A stretch of DNA of 63,923 nt, counting the filler, from Choristocarpus tenellus KU-1152 (taxonomy: Eukaryota > Protista > Phaeophyceae), in the NCBI GenBank assembly GCA_964200185.2. It is 15 parts of 15 records of this genome, joined end to end, with 100 filler letters (N's around TTAATTAATTAA, not from the genome) between each part and the next. Parts side by side here need not be neighbours in the genome. Positions count along the whole stretch, not along the records: positions 10,251 to 13,382 come from CAXNAD020022099.1; positions 13,483 to 17,491 come from CAXNAD020016689.1; positions 17,592 to 20,564 come from CAXNAD020023244.1; positions 20,665 to 25,689 come from CAXNAD020012128.1; 11 more parts are not named here. One strand, 5' to 3'. Below the pieces are notes generated by a model. It did not search any database. It had not been told where the DNA came from and saw only the letters and a list, made by a program, of their open reading frames with translations. Positions within the stretch are counted from its first letter, which is position 1; every line of letters starts with the position of its first letter. Shown here piece by piece: positions 13,355 to 25,689 of the stretch. Position numbers and translations under genes: made by a program.

Positions 13355-13382
13355 GGGTCAAAGTATCTGGGGGGGGGGGGGG
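13355..13382. mobile_element. MITE family B terminus at contig end
   Basis: GGGTCAAAGTATCT followed by poly-G. Confidence 0.75.
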
Positions 13383-13482
13383 NNNNNNNNNNNNNNNNNN
13401 NNNNNNNNNNNNNNNNNNNNNNNNNNTTAATTAATTAANNNNNNNNNNNNNNNNNNNNNNNNNNNNNNNNNNNNNNNNNNNN

Positions 13483-13783
13483 CGCGCCAAACTCGCGTGA
13501 ATATCTCTGGGATTTTGTGCCAAGTCGCCCGAGAATTCCAGTACAAAAGCGGTACAAAATGGGGTTTGGTACATAATAGTTGGCATAAAATCGGGGTAGG
13601 TACTGTATCGTGTTTGTTGGGGAGTGTCAATATCCTTGTTCCGGATATACCTTTTCATTGTGTACACATTTTACCTACTCCGAAAAATTTCGGAGTTGGA
13701 AAATGTCGTAAAAACCCTGTGGAAAGCCAAACCCCAAACGGACAAACAGGGTAAAACTCGTACTCTCTAGGGTACTTTGACTT
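13483..13783. mobile_element. Partial MITE family A (13606-13783) interrupted at a TA by a probable Tc1/mariner-type end
   Basis: Family A sequence resumes at TATCGTG. The sequence before it ends in GGTAGGTACTG|TA, a CAGT-type TIR with a TA target. Confidence 0.6.
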
Positions 13784-14036
13784 ATTGCCCTCGGTGAACC
13801 CATTTCGATGGAGATGTGGTGGTGCAGCAAGCACTACATCTACACCATCCCTCCGCAGTATACCAGTATCATACGTATTCACTTGTATGTATAGTACACC
13901 TTCCCAAGAAAAGCACCCGCAAGCCATTGGATGACTGGACCGACGACTCACAGTTCAAATCAAATCAACGTTCAAAGTAAATCTCCCTGCCCGACGCATT
14001 CAATTTCACTCTACAAAGATATTATACACTACAATA

Positions 14037-15111
14037 TCAAAAACACCACCATGAATCAAATGTAGCTGCACCGCCATACACCTCCCATAGCACGCACTGA
14101 GTAAAACAACTAATTCGCTGACAAAAAAAAACGCGACTGCCAACAAAATCTCGAGTGTCCGCTTGTTTGATTGCCCTTGCCCCGATTGCGCTGAGCCAAG
14201 CCAGCTTTGCTTTTCGGAGGTGGTACGAAACATCGTTCATGCTGCACTCTTCGACGGTTGTTTCTAACCTTGCAAAACTGCCAGCTACTTGAGAGTACGA
14301 TGGTGGAGGAATCGAGAATACCGAAGAGGCTACTCCTTTCCTCACGGCCCCCGACGCGCCACCCCCTCCCATAAATCCATCGTCATCCTCATAACCCCAG
14401 CTTTCATAGTCTGACTGATACAAGATTTTCTCGAGCATCTGATTTTTCATGTCCTCTAGAGTTGCATTGGCCACTTCATTGTTATCTTTCACACCGATCC
14501 ACGCTCTTGCTGCGTTGATGGAAGCCTGAGACGGCTTTCCGCCAGGTTTGAGGTGCAGAGTGTCAAGAGCATTAGAGAGATCCTCATTAATATATAGGGG
14601 ACATCTTGTGTGGGATATTACCTTTATTAAAAAAAATGACCACCTGTGATAGTACAGTACACAGTACAGACATTAAAGTAGGACAGAAACGAGGGCAAAA
14701 TTTCAAAAAATTATATCATGATCCTCATCAGCAGACAGTACATAAAGTCAATTCAATCACGACCACAATCAACCTACTTTCAGAATTGCAATCCACGCAC
14801 TGAGACACCTCGGTATGTTTGGCGCCCCTTGTAGACTTGGTGTCATGCTTTGGCGTCTGTGCTTTCTCCATGATGGTCCTTACCTCATTCTCCAACTTGT
14901 AGAGGGTACTGTGACCGATTTCAAACTTTTGAGCAACCGCAGTTCCTGTCATGATCTTCAGGAATTTCAGTGCTTCCACCTTCTCTGCCAACCTCAAGCG
15001 TTTACGATTGTCGGCACCACGAGGCTTGTATAACGTGGCTTTCCCCGTAGATATATTTGGCAGCACCTTCCCCTTACCCTTACTGTTGTTATCATGGCGC
15101 TTCAACGCCAT
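14037..15111 (-). mobile_element. pogo/Tigger (CENP-B-like) transposase derivative lacking the DDE core; putative exons 14809-15111 and 14037-14621
   Basis: RKRLRLAEKVEALKFL...AVAQKFEIGHSTLYKL is an HTH-psq/CENP-B N-terminal domain. The second part is acidic/helical and contains KQADTRDF (cf. KQxxIxDFF). Confidence 0.65.
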
Positions 15112-15616
15112 GTTGTCACGGGCTGGAGGACTCGAGGCATTGCGTTTGGTGGGACTCACACACAACCTGCACACGTTTCATTTCGCTGGCATCAAAAGGA
15201 TCCACAACGCCACAAATGCCATGAAGATAGCCGCTACAATGCGACACTTATGGCATGTATAATGTTTTGGAGTATTACCCTGCAAGTTGCAGCTGGATCA
15301 CGCTGCGCAGGGCATCATTGTATCTGCACAGTGCAGTGGTCTAAACCTTGGTCTGATATACTGTATATACTCTACTGTACAGTACTGAGAGACACAAGAC
15401 TGCTATGTTGTGTACTGCTGGTGTTGAGCACCTTTGTGCCTTACTTTGTTATATTTTGCTTAACTTTAGACATGACTAATTGGGAAACCACTCGGTGAAG
15501 TAGTGAAAAAAAATGCAAGTTTGCACGATATAAGAGAGAATTGGGAGGGAAAAGTCGAAACCTCTCATATAGCCTGAAAAGTCGTGAGAAGCCAATTTAC
15601 CCTCTCTTATGTTTTG

Positions 15617-17491
15617 TTATTATGCCCTCTGGCTTTCTGGAGGTGTGCCAGGGGGGAAACCAATGAGAATGTCAGTATAAGCCCTAAAGAAATCAAATAT
15701 GTCACAAACATGAAAAACATTCATTTGTTATTTCACTACTCTGTTGTACCACTCTGCCTTCCTGCGCTTCCAATCTACCTATTCCTGTACCTCAGCGTGA
15801 GGAGCTAGGGAGGCATCCCAAGAATCCAACAACCCCCCTCCCATGCCCATCTCCCTTGGTGAATCCAGCTATAAAAGCATGACACATCTAGACAGTGCCA
15901 CTTGCGTAGTTACCAAGATAATTTGGCGTAGCCAGGATTTAACTGCTCCTTTCCAGATATATCCTCCAGCTCCTCTCGCCCCCACCACGTGTGTAGCCAG
16001 CTCATCCAGGAACCATTCCACTTGCTTGTTGAGGCGCCCAAAACGTTCCACCGCGAAGGTGTTGAGATTATAACTACAAGAATCAAAAGAGCCCTCATAG
16101 TGGGTGCGCTTTCGCGCCTTGGCTGCAGCAACAGCTACACCATTGCTGGTAGATGAGTGTGTGAGGTGGGAGGTTGACTGCACTTCTGGAAATATAACAT
16201 TAAGCTGAAACCCCTTGTCCCGGTAGGGATCTATTCCAGCGTCCACCAGTGCCCCTGCATGCAAAACTGGGTCCATGCGGAGATTTATGTCTACCGTGAA
16301 GGGACTGCCGTCCTCCGTAGTGCAAGGGATGGCCATTCCCTTGTATAGTTGGCTTAGGCGTTTCACCCTTGGAGTGTGCTGTCGAACCTGTCCTCCTGCC
16401 CTGGGGAAGGTATGGGCATGTCTGGTGTCGACATTTTGCCTCCTGCACCCCATCAGTGGGCACCTTTTTGAGAGGACCTCCCTCCATAGACATCTGCTGA
16501 TTGTAAGCTTGAACTCTAGAGGGGAGATCTGGCATGCTGGCTCCAGGTGTTGCGTTGAGGTTCATGCGTTTGCCCCTCGTCCACACGGGCTCTGGTGGCG
16601 TGCTAGGGCAAACGAGGAGCTCTCCTTCCCCTGAGGCACTTCACTATATAGGCCGGCTAATTGTGTCTGGAAGGAGTCAAAACGGATCCTTATTCAGGAG
16701 GCGTGTGATCTCATGTTGCGCCCTCCTCGTGATCCGGACGTCATGGGCTGCCGGGATGTGGACCTCCGGGGTAGTTGCAGGGGATGTTGTTCCCCCGCAG
16801 GTTACCCAGCCTTGATCAATGATTTATGCAAGGACTTCTGTGGAGATACTTGTAGAAAGGAGGGTATGATTGGACGATTCTAAAGTCTGTACTGTGGGGC
16901 TTATGCAGACAGCTTGTGAGAAGGACTCGCCATGAGGCCCTTGCTGCCGTGCTAGGAGGGTGGGGAGAGTAGCCATCGGTGATCCTACGAAAGGCACATG
17001 TTGGCGGTGTTTCATAGACGAGAGGCCCAGACCCCCCACACTTGTAGACATCTGTGCCTGTACTTGTTGGTGGGTCTCTAGGCGGAGAGACCCATTGATT
17101 CACCCTCCCTCAATGAAATTCGCTGCCTCTGTTGAGTCTGCTACCTATATTATCTTCTCTAGTGTCCATAATGAGGTGTTGTCTGCTTGCTCCATGGTGG
17201 AGCGTGCTAGGAGGGGGGGAGTGACCCTCCCAAGATAGCTTAGGCGGGACGAGAAGGACCAGGAGTCGAGGAGCCAGGCCACCTGTTTGTCCCCCATCTC
17301 GCTGAGGTGTGTAGTCAAAGTTCGTGTCACAGAGCTCTCGATCACCTCAGCCATATGGGCTTGGATAAAGCCATCTGTTTCCACTGGGGCCCCCAATGTG
17401 ACAAAACCATTAAGGTTCGGGGCTAGGTTGATTCCTGGGGCAGAACGAAGCTCCAGTTCTGAGAGCGTGGGTTGGTGGCCCTGGGGAGGTG
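15617..17491 (-). mobile_element. CRE-like (RLE-type) non-LTR retrotransposon, 3' 1.9 kb, frameshifted
   Basis: RT thumb LGAPV...QVAWLL...RLSYLGRVTPP, then GGLGLSS, Cys/His knuckle, RLE motifs RMD...KRTHY...FAVERFGRL, 3'UTR and GAGGGCA(TAA)n tail. Confidence 0.85.
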
Positions 17492-18442
17492 NNNNNNNNN
17501 NNNNNNNNNNNNNNNNNNNNNNNNNNNNNNNNNNNTTAATTAATTAANNNNNNNNNNNNNNNNNNNNNNNNNNNNNNNNNNNNNNNNNNNNGGGGGGGGG
17601 GGGGTATGACAAGGTCTTCTCAGAAAAAAGCATAAGCAGGGTATGATAGGAGTCCTATACCCTCTCTGAACCCAAAATACAAAGGTAGTAAGATGTAGTC
17701 TAAAAAATGAAATAAAATAAAATAAAGTACAGTCGTTACAGATGGTCATGCAGACAGAACAAACACTAGCACCACGAAGTGAAAACTGCAACAATCTTTT
17801 TTATTTTATTATTACAATTACAGTTACTATTGTAACAACAATTATTACTCTTGGTTGATGACGATACCGAGGTGACTATTGTACCTTATCCTGACAAGTT
17901 TGTATTCAAGAAGAATATAATTTAGACACCTATATGACAACCTATGTTACTAGCAGTAGTCTTCCCTCAAAAAAACAAAAATGGCAAGTGCAGGAAGTCT
18001 ATGATACATGTGTTGTTAAAAGAAGACTACTGACCAATAAAATATCACAACATGAGCCCTTCATAATTCCAAGGTTGTAGCGAATGAAATACAATGCTGA
18101 ATTATGCATCCTTTCCTCTCTGTACAGTGCAAACACCCTCACTATACCTCATATCGTCAGTCTGATGATACTCACCTTATCCTGTCAATCTCACCTTATT
18201 ATATATATCTTTCTCTATCAAAAAGATAATACTATACCTCATCTTGTCATTTTGAAGATACTACACCACCTTGTCATGATCAGTCTACTACACCTCACAG
18301 TCACAGTCCCATTCTTACCATTCTCACGCACCAATACCTCACCTTCTCACTCAGCTGTTCCCTTACGCTTTCCAATGCACCAACCTGAGACTTCGCCGTC
18401 TCCAACTTCTTCCTTTCCTGAATATAACAATGAAGAACATGC

Positions 18443-18490
18443 CACACATATGATCACACATATGATCACACATATGATCACACATATGAT
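18443..18490. repeat. 12-bp tandem repeat (CACACATATGAT)x4
   Basis: Read directly. Confidence 0.9.
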
Positions 18491-18858
18491 GCAGATGAAC
18501 GTGTACGCAATGGTGACATCTCTCAAATACAGTGCGCAACCACAACACTAAACAAAAAATACTAAAAAAAATGACTTTTTTTTAAAAAACTCCAATCGGG
18601 TTGTGCCATGCACAGCCCAGACTCTCTATCGACAACTGTTCTTAATGTAAAAAAAATACTGTTGATGAATTGAAAGGCGTTTATTGTACGCAATGTAGAC
18701 TCTTCTATAGTAGTGTATGCAGTACTCTTTGCTTTCCTATCTCCGTTATTTATCTCCTCACAGGAATAGATTAACAAAATATATATTTTTTGCCATAAAA
18801 AATAACATAATTTCCTTAGGAACATGTATAGCAAGATCACCTATCTCATGCAAATAGC

Positions 18859-18890
<32 letters not shown>

Positions 18891-19000
18891 GCCCACCTGA
18901 CAAAGTGTGTGCAAAACTCTTCACATTGGTACACACAAACACACACCACACCACACCACACCACACACACAACACAACACAACACAACACAACACAACAT
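18859..19000. repeat. (AAT)n microsatellite followed by CACCA/CACAA pentamer repeats
   Basis: Read directly. Confidence 0.85.
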
Positions 19001-19936
19001 AACAATACGACAAACAGATTGGACATGCAACCATAAAGAAAAATGGAAATAAAAAAGTTAAAATGGAAGACACTTAAAAAAATATATTATCCACATCAAA
19101 ACAAAGTTTTAAAACTAACACCGTCAGAAGCAAGTCCAACAATAGGGTTAGGGTTGGTTAGGGCTACCAATGAAATGAAATGCCAGCAAGTGACATGTAA
19201 TGGGCAGTGACAATGAGAAACCTTTGGACCTTTTTACACGACAAATGGGTCCTCGAGGGGGGTGACAATCAGATCCCCCTTTAAAAACTGACTGGAACAT
19301 ACCACTGGATGACTCAAATTCAACATTCAGTAAGCACAGATGTCCTTTAGGGGCAGCAAACAAAATTCATCTTGACTATTGACTCTTCACTCCTGACTAT
19401 GTGATCTCTGGTGTTATCCCTTCCAAGATACAGATCTTCTACGTGGATGTGAAGGCTATACATCAGAATATTGGTCTCTCTCTCTCTCTCTCTCTCTCTC
19501 TTCTTTTTTTCTTTTATTATTGTGTGTTAGGTATACTAGTAATGCAAACACCTCTAACCTACACACTACATGGGATGTGCCCAGAACCCTGTGTGGATAT
19601 CAATTGGTAGAGATAAATATGTGTTCTGAATGGTGTTTAATTCAAACCGAAATGGATCTTGACTTCACAACAGCAGAAGAAACACACACACACACACACA
19701 CACACACAGGCATGCATGCATGCATGCATCATACAGAAGAACAGTCCAGGCATAGTATTTTCACCGTAGGTACAATACTGTTCAATCAGCATTTTTTTTT
19801 GCAGGTTACTGTTCTTATTGAACCCATCTGGTCAAAAAAATTTACACTCACAAAAGTGCATACTCTAATAAATAAAAACATACACTCACGAAAAATGATT
19901 AACAAAAATCCGTAGCACAAATATTGAAGCATACAT

Positions 19937-20099
19937 AATGAATAATCTACAACATAAAAATACACACATTACATACATAATGAATAATCTACAAAATAAA
20001 AATACACACATTACATACATAACGAATAATCTACAAAATAAAAATACACACATTACATACACAATGTACAATCTAAAAAATAAAAATACACACATTACA
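19937..20099. repeat. 42-bp minisatellite, ~4 copies, directly after an exon donor
   Basis: Unit AATGAATAATCTACAAAATAAAAATACACACATTACATACAT. Confidence 0.9.
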
Positions 20100-20106
20100 A
20101 ACAAAC

Positions 20107-20260
20107 CTCCTGAATTTGGGCCTCGAAAGAAGTGGCCTTGACCTCCCACTGCTTCCGCTCCTGCTCCAAGGTAGCTCTGATACCATCCACTTCTACCTGG
20201 CTCCTAAGCTTTTCCTTCTCAAGGTCTTCATCAGCCTTGCGAAGGCGTTCTTCGTACGAC
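20107..20260 (-). CDS. Internal exon of an unidentified coiled-coil protein
   Basis: AG/GT-bounded exon SYEERLRKADEDLEKEKLRSQVEVDGIRATLEQERKQWEVKATSFEAQIQE with heptad character. Confidence 0.65.
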
Positions 20261-20500
20261 CTTTTTTTTTTTTTTTTCGAAGTATATTTTCGCACGTCAC
20301 GATATGTCACACCAAACAATGCGAGCAGAGGAGTGTGTGCGCATTAGATGAGAGACAAAGACAAGGCAAAACAAGACAGAGTCTTGAAACTAACAAAATA
20401 ACAATAGCAACCCCCATTCTGTTTCAAATAAACAAACTTGATGGTATAGTTCCGGTGGTGCTTGGCTAAATGTGGTTGATGTCCATGTACCAACAATGTC

Positions 20501-20540
<40 letters not shown>

Positions 20541-20664
20541 CACAAACACCACCCAAAAAAAAAANNNNNNNNNNNNNNNNNNNNNNNNNNNNNNNNNNNN
20601 NNNNNNNNTTAATTAATTAANNNNNNNNNNNNNNNNNNNNNNNNNNNNNNNNNNNNNNNNNNNN

Positions 20665-20937
20665 CCCCCTCAGATACTTTGAGCCTAGAGGGTACGAGTT
20701 TTGCTACTGTTTGTCCCCTTGGTGCTTGGGTTCCCACAGTTTTTTTATATTATGTTTTCCTACTCTGAGATGTTTCGGAGTAGTTAAAATGTATACGTTA
20801 TGAAAAGGTGTGTCTGGAACAAGTATATTGACACTTCCTAACAAACACGATATGGCCAAAGTTGTTTCATCTAAATCGAATAGTTGGATTTTTGCCCCCA
20901 AACGGATGCGACTCTACCCTCTAAGATACTTTAACTT
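20665..20937. mobile_element. MITE B terminus (to 20685) joined inside the TIR of a MITE A copy (20686-20937)
   Basis: AGATACTTTGAGCC|TAGAGGGTACGAGTTTTG ... TACCCTCTAAGATACTTTAACT. Confidence 0.8.
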
Positions 20938-21259
20938 GTGAGGGACTCCCTGGGCAGTGTAACATCTTCCACCGCCTTTGGTTTTACTTTCATTTTATAT
21001 TTGTTTCATAATGAATGATCTATTGGGTATGAGGGATAAACCAAGAACAACCCGTTCATAAGTTATTCCCAATCATGACTCCATCCCTTGCCCCCCCCCC
21101 CCAAGCAAATCAGACCTGGTAATCTCACCCGAGCACAAACACTGCCGAACAATTGCCTCCTTTGGCCTCCTTTCCTCTCTGACTAACCTTGGAGCCAGCC
21201 TCCCCCACGTGCCCTATTTCATACCCAACACATTATTTTGTTATTGTAATAACAACCAG

Positions 21260-24200
21260 GCTGCCACCGTTGTCTCAAGGCTCCTCAAAGCCAAGAGAGA
21301 GACAGTTGATAGTCGATCTTCGTTGCTAACTCTGGGGAGCTTCCTCCTCAAGCATCACCGCCTTCACTGTGGGGCAGGGGTGCTGGTGGACACACCAGAA
21401 GACTTGGAGCTCCTTGAGGAGTGGTTTGCATCCACTTCATTTGATGAAGGTGTGCGGGTGTGGGTGTGGATGTAGACGTGGGTGTGGGTGTGGGTGTGGG
21501 TGTGGGTGTGGGTGTGGGTGTGGATGTGGGTGTGGGTGTGGGTGTGGGTGTGGGTGTGGTTGGGTGTGCGCAAGGGAGGGGGGGGGGGAGGTTATTGCAA
21601 GCACATTTTTGTGGATGTTTTTGGAAATCATTTTGTAGTGGTGTAATAGAGTGCATCATTGCAGCACCCCTGTCCGATGAATTATGGGGTTCAATCAAGA
21701 ACTGAAGTAGAGGGGTACAGGTGAGAATCCTGCTGATTGTAAAGGGTCAGTCAGGATCGCTTGAAGAGTTGAGAGTCTCCTGCGCTGCTGTAATGTTCTT
21801 GCTGAGTGAGCTGTGAGGAAGAACGCAGTGCATCTCCTGTGAATATAGCATAAGCCACATGTCTATGATGATGTGGGAAGTAAGAGACAAGGCCCTTTTC
21901 GGGAAGGACATTCTTACCAAGCTGTACAGCTATTCTCCAGTCAGAACTGAAAACGATTTCTTACTCTGGATCATTACTGGCCATGGTAATGGTGGGTTGA
22001 GTTGATGTACACGGGGGATCCTAATATATCGATCCACTCTCCAAGAAAACGCACCCCTGAATGGGAAAAATCGCTGCATATTGACTTCCTCAATCACTCA
22101 GCCGAGGCATAAGTGACCCTGTATTGAAGTCTGAACAAATGACCTCTGCCAGAAGAACAGTCGAAGAGGTCTGGGCTTTCAGAGGGACCTGCACGCCCTA
22201 CAAGATTTCCCGCACCGCCTTCCCTAACACTTGGCTTACGGCATGGTTTCGGTACACATGCGTAGGATGTACATTGTAGATGCTGTGTCTGATGTAGTCT
22301 ACCGGCAGTGCAGTGAATATAGATGAGCAAGAACAATAGATGCTCGGAAAGTGTTGGCCGATAAAATAGGTCATGCAAATATGCACTTGGGGGGGGGGTG
22401 GGGGGGGGGGAGGGGGTGTATGGGGGGGTTTGGGTGGGGGGGGGGGGGGGGGTGGGGGGGGGTTGGTGAGGGGTTGAGCTAGTGTGCTGTCATCCGTTTG
22501 GTGTATATCACTGGAAGTATATATACTTTGTTGTTATTTTTGAAGTGTTTGCCTGACCTGGGGAGGTTGTGGTTCTGTGACGACATTGGGGGATTGGCTG
22601 GAGTAGAGCTGGGGTGCTCTCTTCAGACCATCAATCCCAGTGATGTCAGTTACGTAGCTCCTAGTTTTTGAGCAATGGCCGGGTACACCATTTGTTGTTC
22701 TTTGCCAATCCTACGTCCAGTGTGTTCTCCCTCATCCTCCCCAAACCTGACAGACACTACTCTGCATACCTGCACCGTGCTTAAATATTCATGCACAAGC
22801 AAATATGTGTGCTACATAAATGTAATTATTGATACGTACCTCTCTGTGTACTAATGGTTGCGACTTTAAAAAAAAATGATCATATGTTGACACATGACGG
22901 ATCAACTAATATGAAATGGTGTTGAAGACACCAAAAACGCCTATTTATCAGTGTTGTTTATGTCCTACCTAAATTATTGTACATGCATGTAAACCCACTC
23001 TAGTTTCAGCAACATGTAAACCTGGGTGTAGATAGAACAAGCCATACACAATCACCATTGCATGATAATCCCTAGATAGAGATTCCCGAGATGATTGGTT
23101 TCACAATTTCCATATCCTCCACCACTCCCCTCCCTCCTTTCTGCCCCTCTCTTCTCATCATCATGTGCCCTAAACTGCACTGTGTTCAGGTGTGGATGTT
23201 GAGGAGATCAAGAGTGCAGCATTGCTCCCAGGCATGGAAAGAACTATTCTCGGACTATTGCTCCTCAAGTGGGGCACCAACACCCCTGCATCCTCATTTG
23301 ATTCTCGAGGCATTGATATTCCATCATTGCCTCCCTTGCCAAAGGGAGTGCTGATGCCAGAAGATAACAGCCAGGTATTTGACATGGACGACTCCCTACC
23401 AGAGGAGGATGAGAAAGGTAGGGGGACAGCACAAATTGCCGCCAACATTCCTCTTGGTGCCAAGGTGGCTCTAAAGTCAGCTCCTTCCCTTGCTGGTGTT
23501 TCCGCTGCTGAGCACTCTGTTCCGCAGCATGACCCCCTCAAGAATATCGTACAGGTTGGCCTGGCCGGGGAAAAAACAACAGCAGATGCGGCAAAGCTAC
23601 TCACGTCGACTGAGGAAGGAGGGGCTCCTGGGTTGAAGTACTCGGGGCGGGAAGGGGAGGAGCAACAGTGTGCAAAGATGATAATGGAAGTGTACAGTGG
23701 GTTGCTGGAAGCTAGATTAGATCGCAACAGAGACGGGGGCGGAGACAGGAGGGGCAGTAGAAGGGACGAGAGGATCCTGTCAGCGACCGATGTAGTCGAG
23801 ATCGACAGGGAAGTCTTCTCAGGGAGACGGGACTGGACTCGCCTCTTCCGTGCCCTGGTGGTCGGAGGCTCAGGGCGTACGGACATGGGACGAGGAAGTT
23901 GTAGGCCAAAGGAGAGCGAGGTCAAGCGGAGGGAGGGAGGGCTCGATGCAGAGGCGGAGGAGGAGTTGATGCATGTTGTGGCACTGTACCTACAGTTGTT
24001 TGCGATGTCCAGGGCGAACTCCGGTGTTGTTGCCGACGGGGTGCCCTTTGACATCACCTACCTGCACCCAGACCTGGAAGTTCTTGAACACGCTCGGACT
24101 GTCACCACCGGTTGTCCTAGTGTCTTCGGTCCGAATCTAATATTCGCCCATGGTACCTTAGAGGAGGTGCTTGACACACACATAGAAGACCCTTTCGACT

Positions 24201-24928
24201 ATGTTGATGTGGGGGGACTCCTTAGTCTCACAGGAGGGGCAGGGGGAAGTGCAGGTGGTGTGGCCGGGAAAGGCATCACCCACGAGGACGAGGGCAGGGA
24301 TCAGGAAACAGGTGGGAAGGAACTGCTCAAGCGGCTATGGGAAAAGCTTAACCCCGGGGCTGGGTTGCGAGTGTGGTCTTTTGCCTCTAACCCAACAACA
24401 GAGGGCCTCTTCCGATTGAGGGATCAAGTTGTAGACTACAATGGTGTTGGCAGTAGTGGGGAAGGCAACATGCTGCTATGTAGTGCTTCTTCTGTCCTGC
24501 GGGCCTACTTGGGATGTTCAATCCACGGTGATGAGGTTGACAAGATCAGGGCTAGGGGCGGCCCAACACATCAGTTGTTGGAGGATGGCGACGGGGAGGC
24601 ATGGATGCCTAGGATCCTGTCAGGAGTGGACACCTTCAGCGTGCTGGAACTTGAAGGTATTCTGGGGTTGGCAGGATTTAAGATGATAGTGCTGCTGGGG
24701 GATCAGAGTCGATATGATCCATGGGTTGCTTTAGGTGATGCCAGCCCTGACAGACATGATGGGGGGGGCAGGAAGGAGAAGGAGAAGGGACCGTTGGCAT
24801 CTTTGACCCCGATGTTTGAGGCAATGCCGCGCTGGGATCGGTGTGCCCTAGGAGATAGTCTCTACCCAACTCCTACGCTTGTGCACCAGGCTCTGGCCAT
24901 TAGGGAGGACAGGGTGGAGAGAGTGTGA
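21260..24928 (+). CDS. Protein with a degenerate class I SAM-methyltransferase-like C-terminal region; last two exons 21260-21449 and 23190-24928
   Basis: Phase-1 GT-AG intron joins ...TSFDEG to VDVEEIKS in the 578-aa ORF. Motifs [60 protein letters not shown]. Confidence 0.75.
21455..21560. repeat. (GGTGTG)n hexamer microsatellite just after the donor site
   Basis: Read directly. Confidence 0.9.
21960..22330 (-). mobile_element. Possible LINE AP-endonuclease remnant in the intron
   Basis: Frameshifted HVY..., SDFN and RVDRY occur in the order of the APE motifs IYAP, GDFN, RIDRF. Confidence 0.3.
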
Positions 24929-25665
24929 TAATGGAAATGTGATGTTTAGTATTTGCTTTGGAAGACCAGTGAAATAGGCTCAACTAGGCGTGAGGGTTGA
25001 CGATGCTCTCTTATTTGGCTCATCATGTGGACAAAACACCTAGAGTAGGCCTTGTGTTTGAGTTACGGAGAGTACCTGCTCGTGAATTGTAGGCAAGTCA
25101 AGTGCACTTTTGAAGCAGGTTGATGTTGGCTTGTTGGGCAGAGGCCAAACACTGCCACCAAATCAGCAGAACAAACTGACCTTCTTCCCATCACAACACT
25201 GCAACTAGTAAAAATTCCATTTTGCTTTCTTGTAACCACTGAGCATACACCAAGCTATGGTTGCTTTTGGACACCTGAAGTATTAGAATCAGTGAGTCAC
25301 ACAAAAAACGTACCTACTCCAGAGGATGGATATCATAAGATACCAGAACTTCTGATGTGGTCTAAGAGGTAAAGAGGTACTTCAAGAAATAGTTCAAAAG
25401 GAAACGAAGACGTTAATGGGCAGTCAACACGCAGCCCTTGAGGTAATTCAAAGCACATGGATGTACGTAGTACAGAATTTACTAATCCACGTCTGTTCAA
25501 CGCAAAACTTGAAACTGAGGGCACTCTTAGATTGTCTCGTTTCAGTGCACAGCCTCAAAAAACAAGCCCATGCGTGGGGGAGAATGCAACGCTAGAAAAT
25601 CAGGAGAACATAGCAATAGGGCTATACCATCCGCTACGTTTTTGGATTGTTGTATATTCTGAAGA

Positions 25666-25689
25666 GGGTCAAAGTATCTGGGGTGGGGG
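25666..25689. mobile_element. MITE family B terminus at contig end
   Basis: GGGTCAAAGTATCTGGG... Confidence 0.7.

Noticed and set aside
21348-21705. ORFs with PT, HT, GV and CG dipeptide repeats
   Set aside because: Translations of the intronic (GGTGTG)n microsatellite.
23170-24057. 295-aa minus-strand ORF (also 46715-47383)
   Set aside because: Antisense shadows of genuine plus-strand exons.
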